DNA of 63,702 bases, counting the filler, from Octopus bimaculoides (Eukaryota), in assembly GCF_001194135.2 (NCBI RefSeq). It is 6 parts of 4 records of this genome, joined end to end, with 100 filler letters (N's around TTAATTAATTAA, not from the genome) between each part and the next. Parts side by side here need not be neighbours in the genome. Positions count along the whole stretch, not along the records: positions 34,296 to 54,979 come from NC_068982.1; 5 more parts are not named here. The stretch is one strand, 5' to 3'. The notes under the pieces are model-generated. The model saw only the letters and a list, made by a program, of their open reading frames with translations. It had not been told where the DNA came from and made no database searches. The position numbers and the translations under genes are program-made. Positions 36,681 through 48,260 of the stretch are shown here, piece by piece (position 1 is the first letter of the stretch; each line of letters opens with the position of its first letter).

Positions 36681-38269
36681 ATATNNNNNNNNNNNNNNNN
36701 NNNNNNNNNNNNNNNNNNNNNNNNNNNNNNNNNNNNNNNNNNNNNNNNNNNNNNNNNNNNNNNNNNNNNNNNNNNNNNNNNNNNNNNNNNNNNNNNNNNN
36801 NNNNNNNNNNNNNNNNNNNNNNNNNNNNNNNNNNNNNNNNNNNNNNNNNNNNNNNNNNNNNNNNNNNNNNNNNNNNNNNNNNNNNNNNNNNNNNNNNNNN
36901 NNNNNNNNNNNNNNNNNNNNNNNNNNNNNNNNNNNNNNNNNNNNNNNNNNNNNNNNNNNNNNNNNNNNNNNNNNNNNNNNNNNNNNNNNNNNNNNNNNNN
37001 NNNNNNNNNNNNNNNNNNNNNNNNNNNNNNNNNNNNNNNNNNNNNNNNNNNNNNNNNNNNNNNNNNNNNNNNNNNNNNNNNNNNNNNNNNNNNNNNNNNN
37101 NNNNNNNNNNNNNNNNNNNNNNNNNNNNNNNNNNNNNNNNNNNNNNNNNNNNNNNNNNNNNNNNNNNNNNNNNNNNNNNNNNNNNNNNNNNNNNNNNNNN
37201 NNNNNNNNNNNNNNNNNNNNNNNNNNNNNNNNNNNNNNNNNNNNNNNNNNNNNNNNNNNNNNNNNNNNNNNNNNNNNNNNNNNNNNNNNNNNNNNNNNNN
37301 NNNNNNNNNNNNNNNNNNNNNNNNNNNNNNNNNNNNNNNNNNNNNNNNNNNNNNNNNNNNNNNNNNNNNNNNNNNNNNNNNNNNNNNNNNNNNNNNTATA
37401 ATATGTCTGTCTGTCTGTAAGTACGCATGTATTTTTTGCTTTTATTCTTTTACTTTTACTTGTTTCAGTCATTTAACTGTGGCCATGCTGGAGTACCGCC
37501 TTCAGACAAACAAATTGACCCCAGGACTTATTCTTTGTAAGCCTAGTACTTATTCTGTCGGTCTCTTTTGCTGAACCACTAAGTTGCAGAGACGTAAACA
37601 TCGGTTGTCAAGTGGTGGTGAGGGGCATACACAGACACACACACACAAAAATATATGTATATATATATATATGATGGGCTTCTTCCAGTTTCCATCCACC
37701 AAATCTACTCATAAGGCTTTGATTGGCCTGAGGCTATAGTAGAAGACACTTTCTCAAGGTGCCATGCAATGGGACTGAACCTGGAACCATGTCGTTAGGA
37801 AGCAAGCTTCTTACCACACAGTTACTCCTATGTATGTATATTAATTTCAAATTCTGACACAAGGCCCGCAATTCCATCAACCCTACTGCTTAACTGGTGC
37901 TTATGTTATTGACCCTGAAAGGTTGAAAAGCAAAGTTGACCTCAGTGGAATTTGAACTCAGAATGTCAAGACAAATAATACCACTAAGCATTTTGCCCAG
38001 TGTGCTAATGATTCTTATTTCTTTACTGCCCACAAGGGGCTACACATGTTGGGGACGAACAAGGACGGACCCCAGTGCATAACTGGTACTTATTTAATTG
38101 ACCCCGAAAGGATGAAAGGCGAAGTCGACCTCGGCGGAATTTGAACTCAGAACGTAGCGACAGATGAAATACCGCTCAGCATTTTGTCCAGCGTGCAACG
38201 ATTCTGCCAGCTCGCCACTTTGCTAATAATTCTGTGCGCTAATGATTCTGCCATCTTGCTGCCATATAT

Positions 38270-38870
38270 CGTCATCATCATTTGATGTCCATCGTCCATG
38301 CTGGCATGGGTTGGACAGTGTGACTAGAGCTGGGGAGCTGCACCAGACTCTAGTCTGATTTGGCATGGTTTCTTCAGCTGGATGCCCTTCCTAACGCCAA
38401 CCACTTTACAGAGTGTGTCGGATGGCTTAATATACCACTGCACAGGTGCTTTTACATGACACTACATAGGCACTTTTACGCAGCACCATACACACTTTTA
38501 CATGGCACTGCACAGTCGCTTTCATGTGACACTACCACCAGTGCTTTTCACCACCAGAGGCACCAGTCAACACTTCTGCTGTGGAGTACGGGTCTTCTTG
38601 AGTACAGCAAGATTCCAGGCATCTCTGTCCTTTGTCATCTTACCTGAAAGGTTCAGCTTCCTGAGGTCATTCTGCAGTACTTCATCCCATGTCTTCCTGG
38701 GTCTCTCACTTCCACATGTTCCACCTACTTTGAGAGGTCAGCACTTCTTTATGGAGCTGTCGTCATCCATCCACATCACATAACCAAACCAGTGCAGTCT
38801 TCTCTCTTGCACATAGAAACCAATTCCTCTTATGTCTAACTTCTCTCTAGCACTCTGTTGAACATATAGA
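38270..38870 (-). mobile_element. RTE-clade LINE 3' fragment
   Basis: Minus translation RRLHWFGYVMWMDDDSSIKKC..GRPRKTW-like ERPRKTWDEVLQNDL..DRDAW, followed by the same 3' UTR and (GAT)n tail. Confidence 0.8.
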
Positions 38871-39115
38871 CTTATATTAGTATATATTGGTGTCAGGTTT
38901 TGGCATAAAACCAGTAATTTCAGGAGAAGGGGTTAAGTCAATTACATCACCCCCAGGGTTTGACCCATGCTTATTTCATTGACCCTGAGAGGATGAAAGG
39001 CAAAGTTGACCTTGGCAGAATTTGAACTCAGAACATAAAGACAGAAAAATACCACTAAGCATTTTACCCAGCATGCTTATGGTTCTGTCAGCTCACTGCC
39101 TTATATATATATTTA

Positions 39116-39900
39116 CTAGCAGAGATACCTGGCATTACCTGAGATTAAAATGGGATAGTTTGTATATATATATATATATATATATATAAATGTTGAAACA
39201 GTTGATACAGGAAAATGCAGTATTGACAACAAAACATTTGTGGAGGAAATTTTAAAGCTTTACATAAATGACAAACTGAGTTTATTATTGGACATGATAA
39301 TTCTGTCCAATTTGGACAGAATTATCATGTTTATAAGAATGGGATGGATCATATCTGAAAGCAACTCCAGATGTTGTGAAGAACGAATTCGTACGTGGTT
39401 TGTTTCTGAAAGCTTTTCTATCCAGTTCCATATGACTTAAAGATTTTTGTGTATACAAGATGAAACATTAAGTCATATAGAGTTGAATCCAACTGTTATT
39501 TAAAAATGTGTGTTCAGTGCCACTTTTTTCACTTGTCCAATCACACATAAGCATACATAAAAATCAAGGTGCCAAATACAGGCTTGTTGGCATAAAGGAT
39601 TATTCGTTCTCTCAGATAATGAATACTATCTTGTGTAATTTTTGCCATTAATACAAACCTGGTAAAGGAAATGGTTATCTTCTTTGAGTAAATGCAAAGA
39701 AACGGCCATTTTTGATAGGATCATAGCAATAATCACTGAAATATATACCATGTGAAAAATTTACTTTACATACACTATGACAATAAAAGAACCTGGAATC
39801 GGCTCAACCACATATTTACAAACACCAGGTACTGTCTTACCTCAAAGAGTTTGTTGCTTTATTAGTGACCAGCTTGAATTCTCTTAAGAACTTAGATAAA
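39116..39900 (-). mobile_element. Decayed Helitron relic (3' terminus plus helicase remnants)
   Basis: Minus strand ends ...CAGGTAATGCCAGGTATCTCTGCTAG|T (hairpin + CTAG). Upstream remnant HYLRERIILYAN resembles the Pif1-helicase WLxERAILAPxN motif. Very degenerate. Confidence 0.45.
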
Positions 39901-40120
39901 TAAATACGTACATATTCTTTTACTCTTTTAGTTGTTTCAGTCACTTGACTGTGGCCATGCTGGAGCACCGCCTTTATTCGAGCAAATCGATCCCAGGACT
40001 TATTTTTTGTAAGCCTAGTACTTATTCTATCAGTCTCTTTTGCCGAAATGCTAAGTTATGGGGACATGAATACACCAACATCAATTGTCAAGCGATGGTG
40101 TGGGGATAAACACAGACACA

Positions 40121-40161
<41 letters not shown>

Positions 40162-43100
40162 GACAGGCTTCTTTCAGTTTCCATCTACCAAATCCACTCA
40201 CAAGGCTTTGTTCAGATAGAGGCTATAGTAGACGACACTTTCCCAAGGTGCCACGCAGTGGGACTGAACCCGGACCATGTGGTTGGTAAGCAAGCTACTT
40301 ACCACACAGCCACTCCTGCACCTGTATACATAAATACAAACTTTTAAGCGTTTCTCTTTAGATTTCCCGTAGAATTCAGAGCCAGCACAGCAAGTTAAAT
40401 TATTTCATAAATGACTATGTCTATGCAAACAATGTGATTGAAGGTAGAAAAATATCTAATGAGTGTATATTCACATTTCAAGAGTCATTGCTCTTTCATT
40501 GGTATCACATCCTACCCTTCTACTATCCACAAATGCTTTGCTTAAATATGTACTAAATTTAGTGGTGTAACACTAAATTTAGTACATATGGTGTAAACCA
40601 GGTGTAAACCAGGTGTAAACCATTCATTTTATTATCCAATATATCAGAGATACCCTTCGGTCACAAATGACCATGGGATTGCACCTAGAAAGTTATCCTC
40701 TAAGGCACAAGTCTGGGGAAGGTTGTTTATGGAAGACCAGCAGTCACCCATTCATACCGGCCTCCCCTCTCCATGCCATCAATGTTATCCAAGAGAAAGG
40801 CAAAGGCCAATACAGCTTGGCACCAGTGACGTCGCAACTCATTTCTACAGCTGAGTGAACTGGAGTAACATGAAAATAAAGTGTCTTGCTCAAGAACACA
40901 ACATACCAGTCTGGGATTTGAACTCACAACCTCATAGCCGTAAGTTTGACACTCTAACCACAGACCCTTGTGNNNNNNNNNNATTTACAGAAAGCAAAAG
41001 ATGAAGACAGGTAAGGGAACAAGAAGCAGGTGTGATAGTTTGATGCTCAGGAAGAATGGAAAAGTCTTTGATGTTTCGAAGCTACACTCTTCAATAAAAG
41101 GAGTTGAGAGGAAAAAAAATGGAGAGAGAATTGACCAAAAAAAAAAAAAAAAATGGAGAGAGAAAAGAATGTGTAGGGATTAATGGTTCAACATGTATAC
41201 ATTTGTGTGTGTGTGTGTAAATACGAAATAAGTGTTTCTTGGAACATTGGATCTTGAAGCATATAAAGCTACAAATAATAGCATGTAAATATTGAGTTAA
41301 AAAAATCCATTTGCATAGGAAAGTTTAAAGGCTGCCTGCAGTTAATGAAATTGTTTTTACATATATGTAATCTGTCCTGTTTGTGCAGGTGTAGTGCTTA
41401 TAATGGTATGCTCATCCAATATTCTTGCTGTTTGTAATGTTGTTTAGTCCTGTTGAACCTTAATCAAGTAAGCCTATGATAAAAGCCCTGTCAACTGTTA
41501 CCAATGCATCTTTTATTAAAGTATAGCATGTTTAAGAATGTATTATTAAATTTGTTCTTCCTATGATCTCAGCTTCTCCAGCCATAAACAACTTGTCTTC
41601 TTTTATATTGTGACAACAGGAATCACACAGCCACATGCACACATATGTATGCATGTATGCATGCAAATATAAGCATGCGTGTATACATATATATATTAAG
41701 TAGTTTGCTTTGTAACTTATTACATAGTTCCATCAAAACTCAGAATCATGATTGAAGAAGCGTTAGCTTCTAATAAACATACATACAAACCCTATTACAT
41801 ATATATTGAATACCGTTTTTCCCCATTTTGTCAATACATTCATCAATCCATACAAACATGTTTGTGCATGCGATTCGTGTTGTGTGCATGCAATTCGTGT
41901 TGTGTGCATGTGTGAATGTACGAAGAGATGGAAGGAGAAAAAAAAAAACCTATTATCATTTGAATGCCTTCCCTATGAGCAAAACTACGACCAAAAGTAT
42001 TCCGTCCTCATTCATCATACTGTTCTCTGAGGCATTGCATATCTAGGACTGCATTATACAAGCATCTCTTCTCTCCAAGACAGAACTGGTGTAATTGAGT
42101 GAGATTTAGTTGCTATTTCTAACAGGTGAATTGACCCCGTTGAAGCTCACTTGTTGTTCCTTGCATCATCTTGTCTAGCTGGTAAATTAGGGAACCAGTT
42201 AATTCTGGCTCAGATGAACTGTAGAATTATCTTAGAGCTGGAGGAATATTTACTTTTTTACCTATTTCATTCAGTTGTTTTTGATCTACTGTTGGATGAA
42301 GCTTCAGGAGGATGCAGAGGCCAAGTTTTATTAAGGTTGGTTGTAATCTTATCTACATGTGCTGGTCAATTGTGTGTTGGTCTGTGTGCTCACATTGTCA
42401 GGTGACCAGCTCTGGCCATTGACACTTTGGCAGAATTTGAAGTCAGAAAAAAACACCCATGCTGGTGTTACATAAAAAGCACCCATGTTGGTGCCATATC
42501 AAAAGTACCCGTGTAAAGAGTACCTCTGCTAATGTCACATGACAAGACCCCATGCTGGTACCATGTAAAAAGCACCTGTGTTGGTGCCATTTATAAAGTG
42601 CCTGTGCGGGTGCCATGTCAAAAGTATCCAGTACACTCTATAAGGTAGTTGGCATTAGGAAGGACATCCAGCCATAGAAGCCATGCCAAAACAGACAATT
42701 GGAGTCTGGTGCAGCTCTCTGGTGTTGCCTGCTCCTGTCAAACTGTCCAACCCATGCCCACATGGAAAACAGACAATAAATGATGATGATGAATGCAAAT
42801 AATAAAAGTATTTACTGTAAAGCATTTGTTTGATGTCTTGATAACAGCCATGCAAGAGTGCCTTTTACATGGCACCAATTCTGACAGAATCAAGTTTGTC
42901 TTCTTTTTTCTATCAGGTGAATAAAAAAAATACCAGTAATATACGAGACCAAATTCAGTTGACTAGGATGAAAGCTTTAGTATTGAAGAGTCAGCTCCCT
43001 TGAGAAAATCTTCTAAAAGAGAATCAATATTGTTGGTGCAACTTAGTAAATCTCATCTTTTTCAGATATTGGTTATGCTTTTCATTTCTGTGACCATGTT

Positions 43101-43766
43101 TGACTCTGACTTACCATAATAGAAATACTGTTATAATTTTTTGTGTCAGAATGTGATTTGTGACATACTTATGTCATCCTAATTCCTTTCTGTGCCATAT
43201 GGTTTAAACTCAAAGAAAACTAAAAGAAAATAATTTGATTTTTCATCAATCTTTTTCAATTAAAAAACAATACATCTTTTGAAGAATTCATCTTGTTATA
43301 ATTTTTTCTTCAAAATAGAATCTTTTGTTATTCCTTATTTATAATTTTTGTTGTTGTTACTATACTATTGTTATGTTAGAATAGTTATGAATGTTGCATG
43401 GCACCGAAATTTTTTTTTCTCACATTTCTGTGTAGACTGAGAGAGCTGTTGGTCTGTTTTCAATTTAGAGATGAATGGTAAAAGAATATTCTTAATCTTT
43501 ACTTGTTTCTGCAATTTCAGTTGTTACATCACCTATGCAGCTAACTCATTTCCTCTCTACTACAGAAGAGTGGTATTACAAAGGGAGAAAAAAATCTGTG
43601 ACAGAGAGAGAGAGACAGAAAAAGAGAGAGGGAAAGAGAGAAAGCCAGAGAGAGAGAGGAGTGGGTGGTGGGAATAATTGAATTCCAATAAAGAGATAGA
43701 TAAAAAAAATTCCTTTGAGTACATTTCTGTGCCAAATTATTTAAAAGAATACCATTTTCTTTGTAG

Positions 43767-43792
43767 GAATAGTGTTGCAGAAGCGATTGTTG
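43767..43792 (+). CDS. Candidate 26-nt micro-exon of the CNB-domain gene
   Basis: ccattttctttgtag|GAATAGTGTTGCAGAAGCGATTGTTG|gtaagt has strong acceptor and donor. The phase-2 reading NSVAEAIV(G) is open, the phase-1 reading (IVLQKRLL) is also open, and phase 0 is closed. Confidence 0.4.
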
Positions 43793-43923
43793 GTAAGTTT
43801 TATATTTAAACTATTATTAAAGGTAAATAAGCCACAAATATACGTATATACATACATGTCTGTGTGTGTGTGTATATATTTATATATATATATGTATGTA
43901 TATATTTATTGATGTGTTTGCAT

Positions 43924-43961
<38 letters not shown>

Positions 43962-44319
43962 TGTGTATATCTATATGTCTATATTTATGTCTATATATAT
44001 ATACATACATGTATACATATATGTATGTCTATTAAAAATATGACATTTAACTTATAGTTAAATAGGCTAAGAAAACAGTAATACTAATAATAATGATAAT
44101 GTGGAAGATGAAGATGATGTTGATAATGATGATGGTGGTGGTGGTGATGATGATGACGACGACGACGATGATGATGATGATGATAAAAATAATAACTGAA
44201 AGTTATGAAATATTTGTGAGATGATTTATTGACTAAGTTTCATAAATGCAATCTATTGATTTAGTCTGGAGTAGAGTGGAAGTTAAGTTTCCAGCTGTTA
44301 TAGTAGAAGTGTAACACAC

Positions 44320-44930
44320 ACACACACACACACACACATACACATGCACACACACACATGCCCACACACACATGCACACATATGCACACACATGGATGCA
44401 TACATACACACTTGTACACATATACACTCATGCATACACACACATATCTATATATACAAATATGTACATGTATATACAGACATCTGTGTGCACATATATA
44501 TATATCTAAGCACACAACATATGCATGTGCACATAGACACATACACACACACATATGAACATATGCTCATATATGCGTATGAATACACATACATACACAT
44601 ACATATATTCATATATATACATACATGTAAATGCACATGCACACATTAATATAGTACACATGTGCATATACACATATGTACATCCACATACACACGCACA
44701 CACACACATATATATATCCATATACATACATATATGCACTTCTATATCTAAGGACACACCTCATGCATGTACACACACATACACACACACATATACTCAC
44801 ATGTATACACAGACACGCATATAAGCTTATACACTTGCACACATACATAAATGTAGGCCACACATACATACACTTACACACACACACAAAATTGCACATA
44901 TGTACATATACACACGCACAGAGATGATGT
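44320..44930. repeat. Cryptic (CA/TA)n low-complexity tract
   Basis: Interleaved CA, TA and CATA repeats. A similar tract lies at 59365-59830. Confidence 0.9.
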
Positions 44931-45004
44931 TGACTTGTTAAAATACAAATGCAACAAAACAAAACAAAACATGTTAAAAGCAAACAAACAAAACAAATAA
45001 CCTT

Positions 45005-46620
45005 TTTATCTGGTGGAGGTGGTGGATGGTGGAGATGGTTGTAAAGATAATGGTGGTGGTGGTGGTAGAGGTGGTAGTAGATGGTTGTAGTGGCAGTAAT
45101 TGTAGAGGTGGCTGTAGTGGAAGATGATGGTAGTGTTGGTGGTGGTGGTAGTGGTGGTAGTGGTGGTAGTGGTGGTGGTTGTGTTAGAGGTCGAGGAAGT
45201 GACGGTGGTGNNNNNNNNNNNNNNNNNNNNNNNNNNNNNNNNNNNNNNNNNNNNNNNNNNNNNNNNNNNNNNNNNNNNNNNNNNNNNNNNNNNNNNNNNN
45301 NNNNNNNNNNNNNNNNNNNNNNNNNNNNNNNNNNNNNNNNNNNNNNNNNNNNNNNNNNNNNNNNNNNNNNNNNNNNNNNNNNNNNNNNNNNNNNNNNNNN
45401 NNNNNNNNNNNNNNNNNNNNNNNNNNNNNNNNNNNNNNNNNNNNNNNNNNNNNNNNNNNNNNNNNNNNNNNNNNNNNNNNNNNNNNNNNNNNNNNNNNNN
45501 NNNNNNNNNNNNNNNNNNNNNNNNNNNNNNNNNNNNNNNNNNNNNNNNNNNNNNNNNNNNNNNNNNNNNNNNNNNNNNNNNNNNNNNNNNNNNNNNNNNN
45601 NNNNNNNNNNNNNNNNNNNNNNNNNNNNNNNNNNNNNNNNNNNNNNNNGATTGTGGTGGTGGTGGTAGTCGTAGTGGTGGTTGTGGTTGTAGTGGATGAT
45701 AGTGGTAGTGGTTGTGGTAGCAGTGATTGTTGAGGTGGTTTCAGTGGTGGTGGCATTGATGAAGGCAGGGTCGTGGGTGGCAGTAGACGAAGGCGGAGGT
45801 GGTTGTAGACAGTGATGGTGGCAGGGATTGTAGAGGTAGTTGTAGTGGTGGTAGCAGTCGTGGGCTGTGGAGGTGATAGTGCATGGCAGAGGTGGTTGCG
45901 ATGGTAGTGGTAGTGGTTGTGGTATTAGTGGTTAGTGGTGATAGCATATACTATCTACAGTAGTATGTGGTAGTTAGTGATAGCAACGGTGATAGTGTTG
46001 GCGATAGTGTTGGTAGTATTGGCGATAGTAGTAAGTGGTAGTTAGTTTTAAGGAGTGATTGCAATGAATAGTAGTATGGAGAGGGTTACAGTAAAGGCTG
46101 TAGTGGTGGTTATAGTGTGGTATGTGGTAACAGTTGTGGATATAGTAGAGGTATCAGTAGTATTTACAGTGGTGGTGGTGATAGTTTAGGTATTGGTAGA
46201 AACTAGTGGTATTGTTGGTTGTGGTGCTAAATGGTAGCAAGTGTTGGTGGTAGTGGGTGGTGGTGGTGGTGACAACAGTAATAGTGGTAAGTGTTGGTAG
46301 AGGCAGGAGTGTTGCTGGTGGTGGGTAAGGTGGTAGTAGTAACAGTTGTGGCTGTAGCAGAGGTAGTGGTAATAGTCACAATAAACGGTGGTGGTAGTGG
46401 AGATGATGGTGGTGATGGTGGTTGCAGTAATAGTAGCAGTAGCATCAACAGCAGCAGCAGCAGTAGCTGTGGTGGTGATAGTCGTATGGGTGGTAGTAAA
46501 ATAGTGGTCGTTGGAACAGAAAGGTAAGAACTGATGGCATTGCTGATAGGCAGTGGTAGTGGTAAGAGCTAAGATCAACAGGTGGTAGGAGTAACTGAGA
46601 TAAGAGAGAACAGAAGTAGG
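45005..46620. repeat. Long cryptic GGT/GTA/AGT trinucleotide low-complexity domain
   Basis: Strongly G/T-skewed plus strand over ~1.6 kb including a gap. A complementary CAC/CTG tract is at 53085-53435. Confidence 0.9.
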
Positions 46621-46631
46621 AAGTACAGTGT

Positions 46632-46870
46632 TAACACTTACTAACACTTACCAACACTTAGTAACATTTAGTAACACTTACCAACACTTAGTAACACTAA
46701 CACTTAGTAACACTCACCAACACTTAGTAACACTTACTAACACTTACCAACACTTAGTAACACTTACCAACACTTAGTAACACTTACTAACACTTACCAA
46801 CACTTAGTAACACTTACCAACACTTAGTAACACTTACCAACACTTAGTAACACTTACTAACACTTAGTAG
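46632..46870. repeat. 10-bp minisatellite (T/C)AACACTTA(C/G) with a 20-bp higher-order alternation
   Basis: More than 20 units, mostly TAACACTTAC alternating with CAACACTTAG. Confidence 0.95.
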
Positions 46871-48200
46871 CAGAGTTGGTGGTGATAATTAGTGATGTTA
46901 GCTGTAACACTGATAATAGCGGTGGTGGTGGTGGTGGTGGTAGTACAGATGGGTGCTCAGGTAATACGCAAGGGATAATATGTGAAATCAATAAGAGACA
47001 GCCCAGGTAAACTACAAAAGCAGGATACGCAGTGCTGTCCGTGGTCAATATTCTGTCACACACACACACAAAAAAAACAGTCCTCTCCATGTTAGGGGAA
47101 GAATGGGACTTGTTGTTTGAATAAAAGGGGGTGGGGAGAAACCAAAAAAAAACAACACAATAGCATTCACACTGTTCANNNNNNNNNNNNNNNNNNNNNN
47201 NNNNNNNNNNNNNNNNNNNNNNNNNNNNNNNNNNNNNNNNNNNNNNNNNNNNNNNNNNNNNNNNNNNNNNNNNNNNNNNNNNNNNNNNNNNNNNNNNNNN
47301 NNNNNNNNNNNNNNNNNNNNNNNNNNNNNNNNNNNNNNNNNNNNNNNNNNNNNNNNNNNNNNNNNNNNNNNNNNNNNNNNNNNNNNNNNNNNNNNNNNNN
47401 NNNNNNNNNNNNNNNNNNNNNNNNNNNNNNNNNNNNNNNNNNNNNNNNNNNNNNNNNNNNNNNNNNNNNNNNNNNNNNNNNNNNNNNNNNNNNNNNNNNN
47501 NNNNNNNNNNNNNNNNNNNNNNNNNNNNNNNNNNNNNNNNNNNNNNNNNNNNNNNNNNNNNNNNNNNNNNNNNNNNNNNNNNNNNNNNNNNNNNNNNNNN
47601 NNNNNNNNNNNNNNNNNNNNNNNNNNNNNNNNNNNNNNNNNNNNNNNNNNNNNNNNNNNNNNNNNNNNNNNNNNNNNNNNNNNNNNNNNNNNNNNNNNNN
47701 NNNNNNNNNNNNNNNNNNNNNNNNNNNNNNNNNNNNNNNNNNNNNNNNNNNNNNNNNNNNNNNNNNNNNNNNNNNNNNNNNNNNNNNNNNNNNNNNNNNN
47801 NNNNNNNNNNNNNNNNNNNNNNNNNNNNNNNNNNNNNNNNNNNNNNNNNNNNNNNNNNNNNNNNNNNNNNNNNNNNNNNNNNNNNATATATATATATATA
47901 TATATATATATACGTATGTATGTATGTATGTATTATTGTGTGTGTGTGTGTGTGTGTGCGTGTGTGTGTAAACAGACACATGCACGTATATGATTGCTGA
48001 ATAGTGTCTGATGACATCAGTTCCTTCTGGCAAAAGTTCCATTCACTAAGTGTTTTCAATAGCATAAAACATGTATATATAAAACAATGATGATTACAAT
48101 ATACACACATGCATACATACATACACACACACACACACATATATATATATACATGCATACACAATATATATATATGTATATATGTATGTGTATGTATATG

Positions 48201-48260
<60 letters not shown>

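Noticed and set aside
41050-41095. Hammerhead-like UUGAAGA...CGAAAC on the minus strand
   Set aside because: The core is mutated and stems I and III are not closable. At most a decayed Penelope-type end.
42440-42625. CRISPR array
   Set aside because: Eukaryotic context, degenerate repeats with very short non-uniform spacers, located inside a SINE, and no cas genes.
44233-44983. Many overlapping His/Thr/Tyr/Ile or Cys/Val/Met-rich ORFs (also 17078-17989 and 59220-60100)
   Set aside because: They are translations of CA/TA/CATA microsatellites, which lack stops in some frames.
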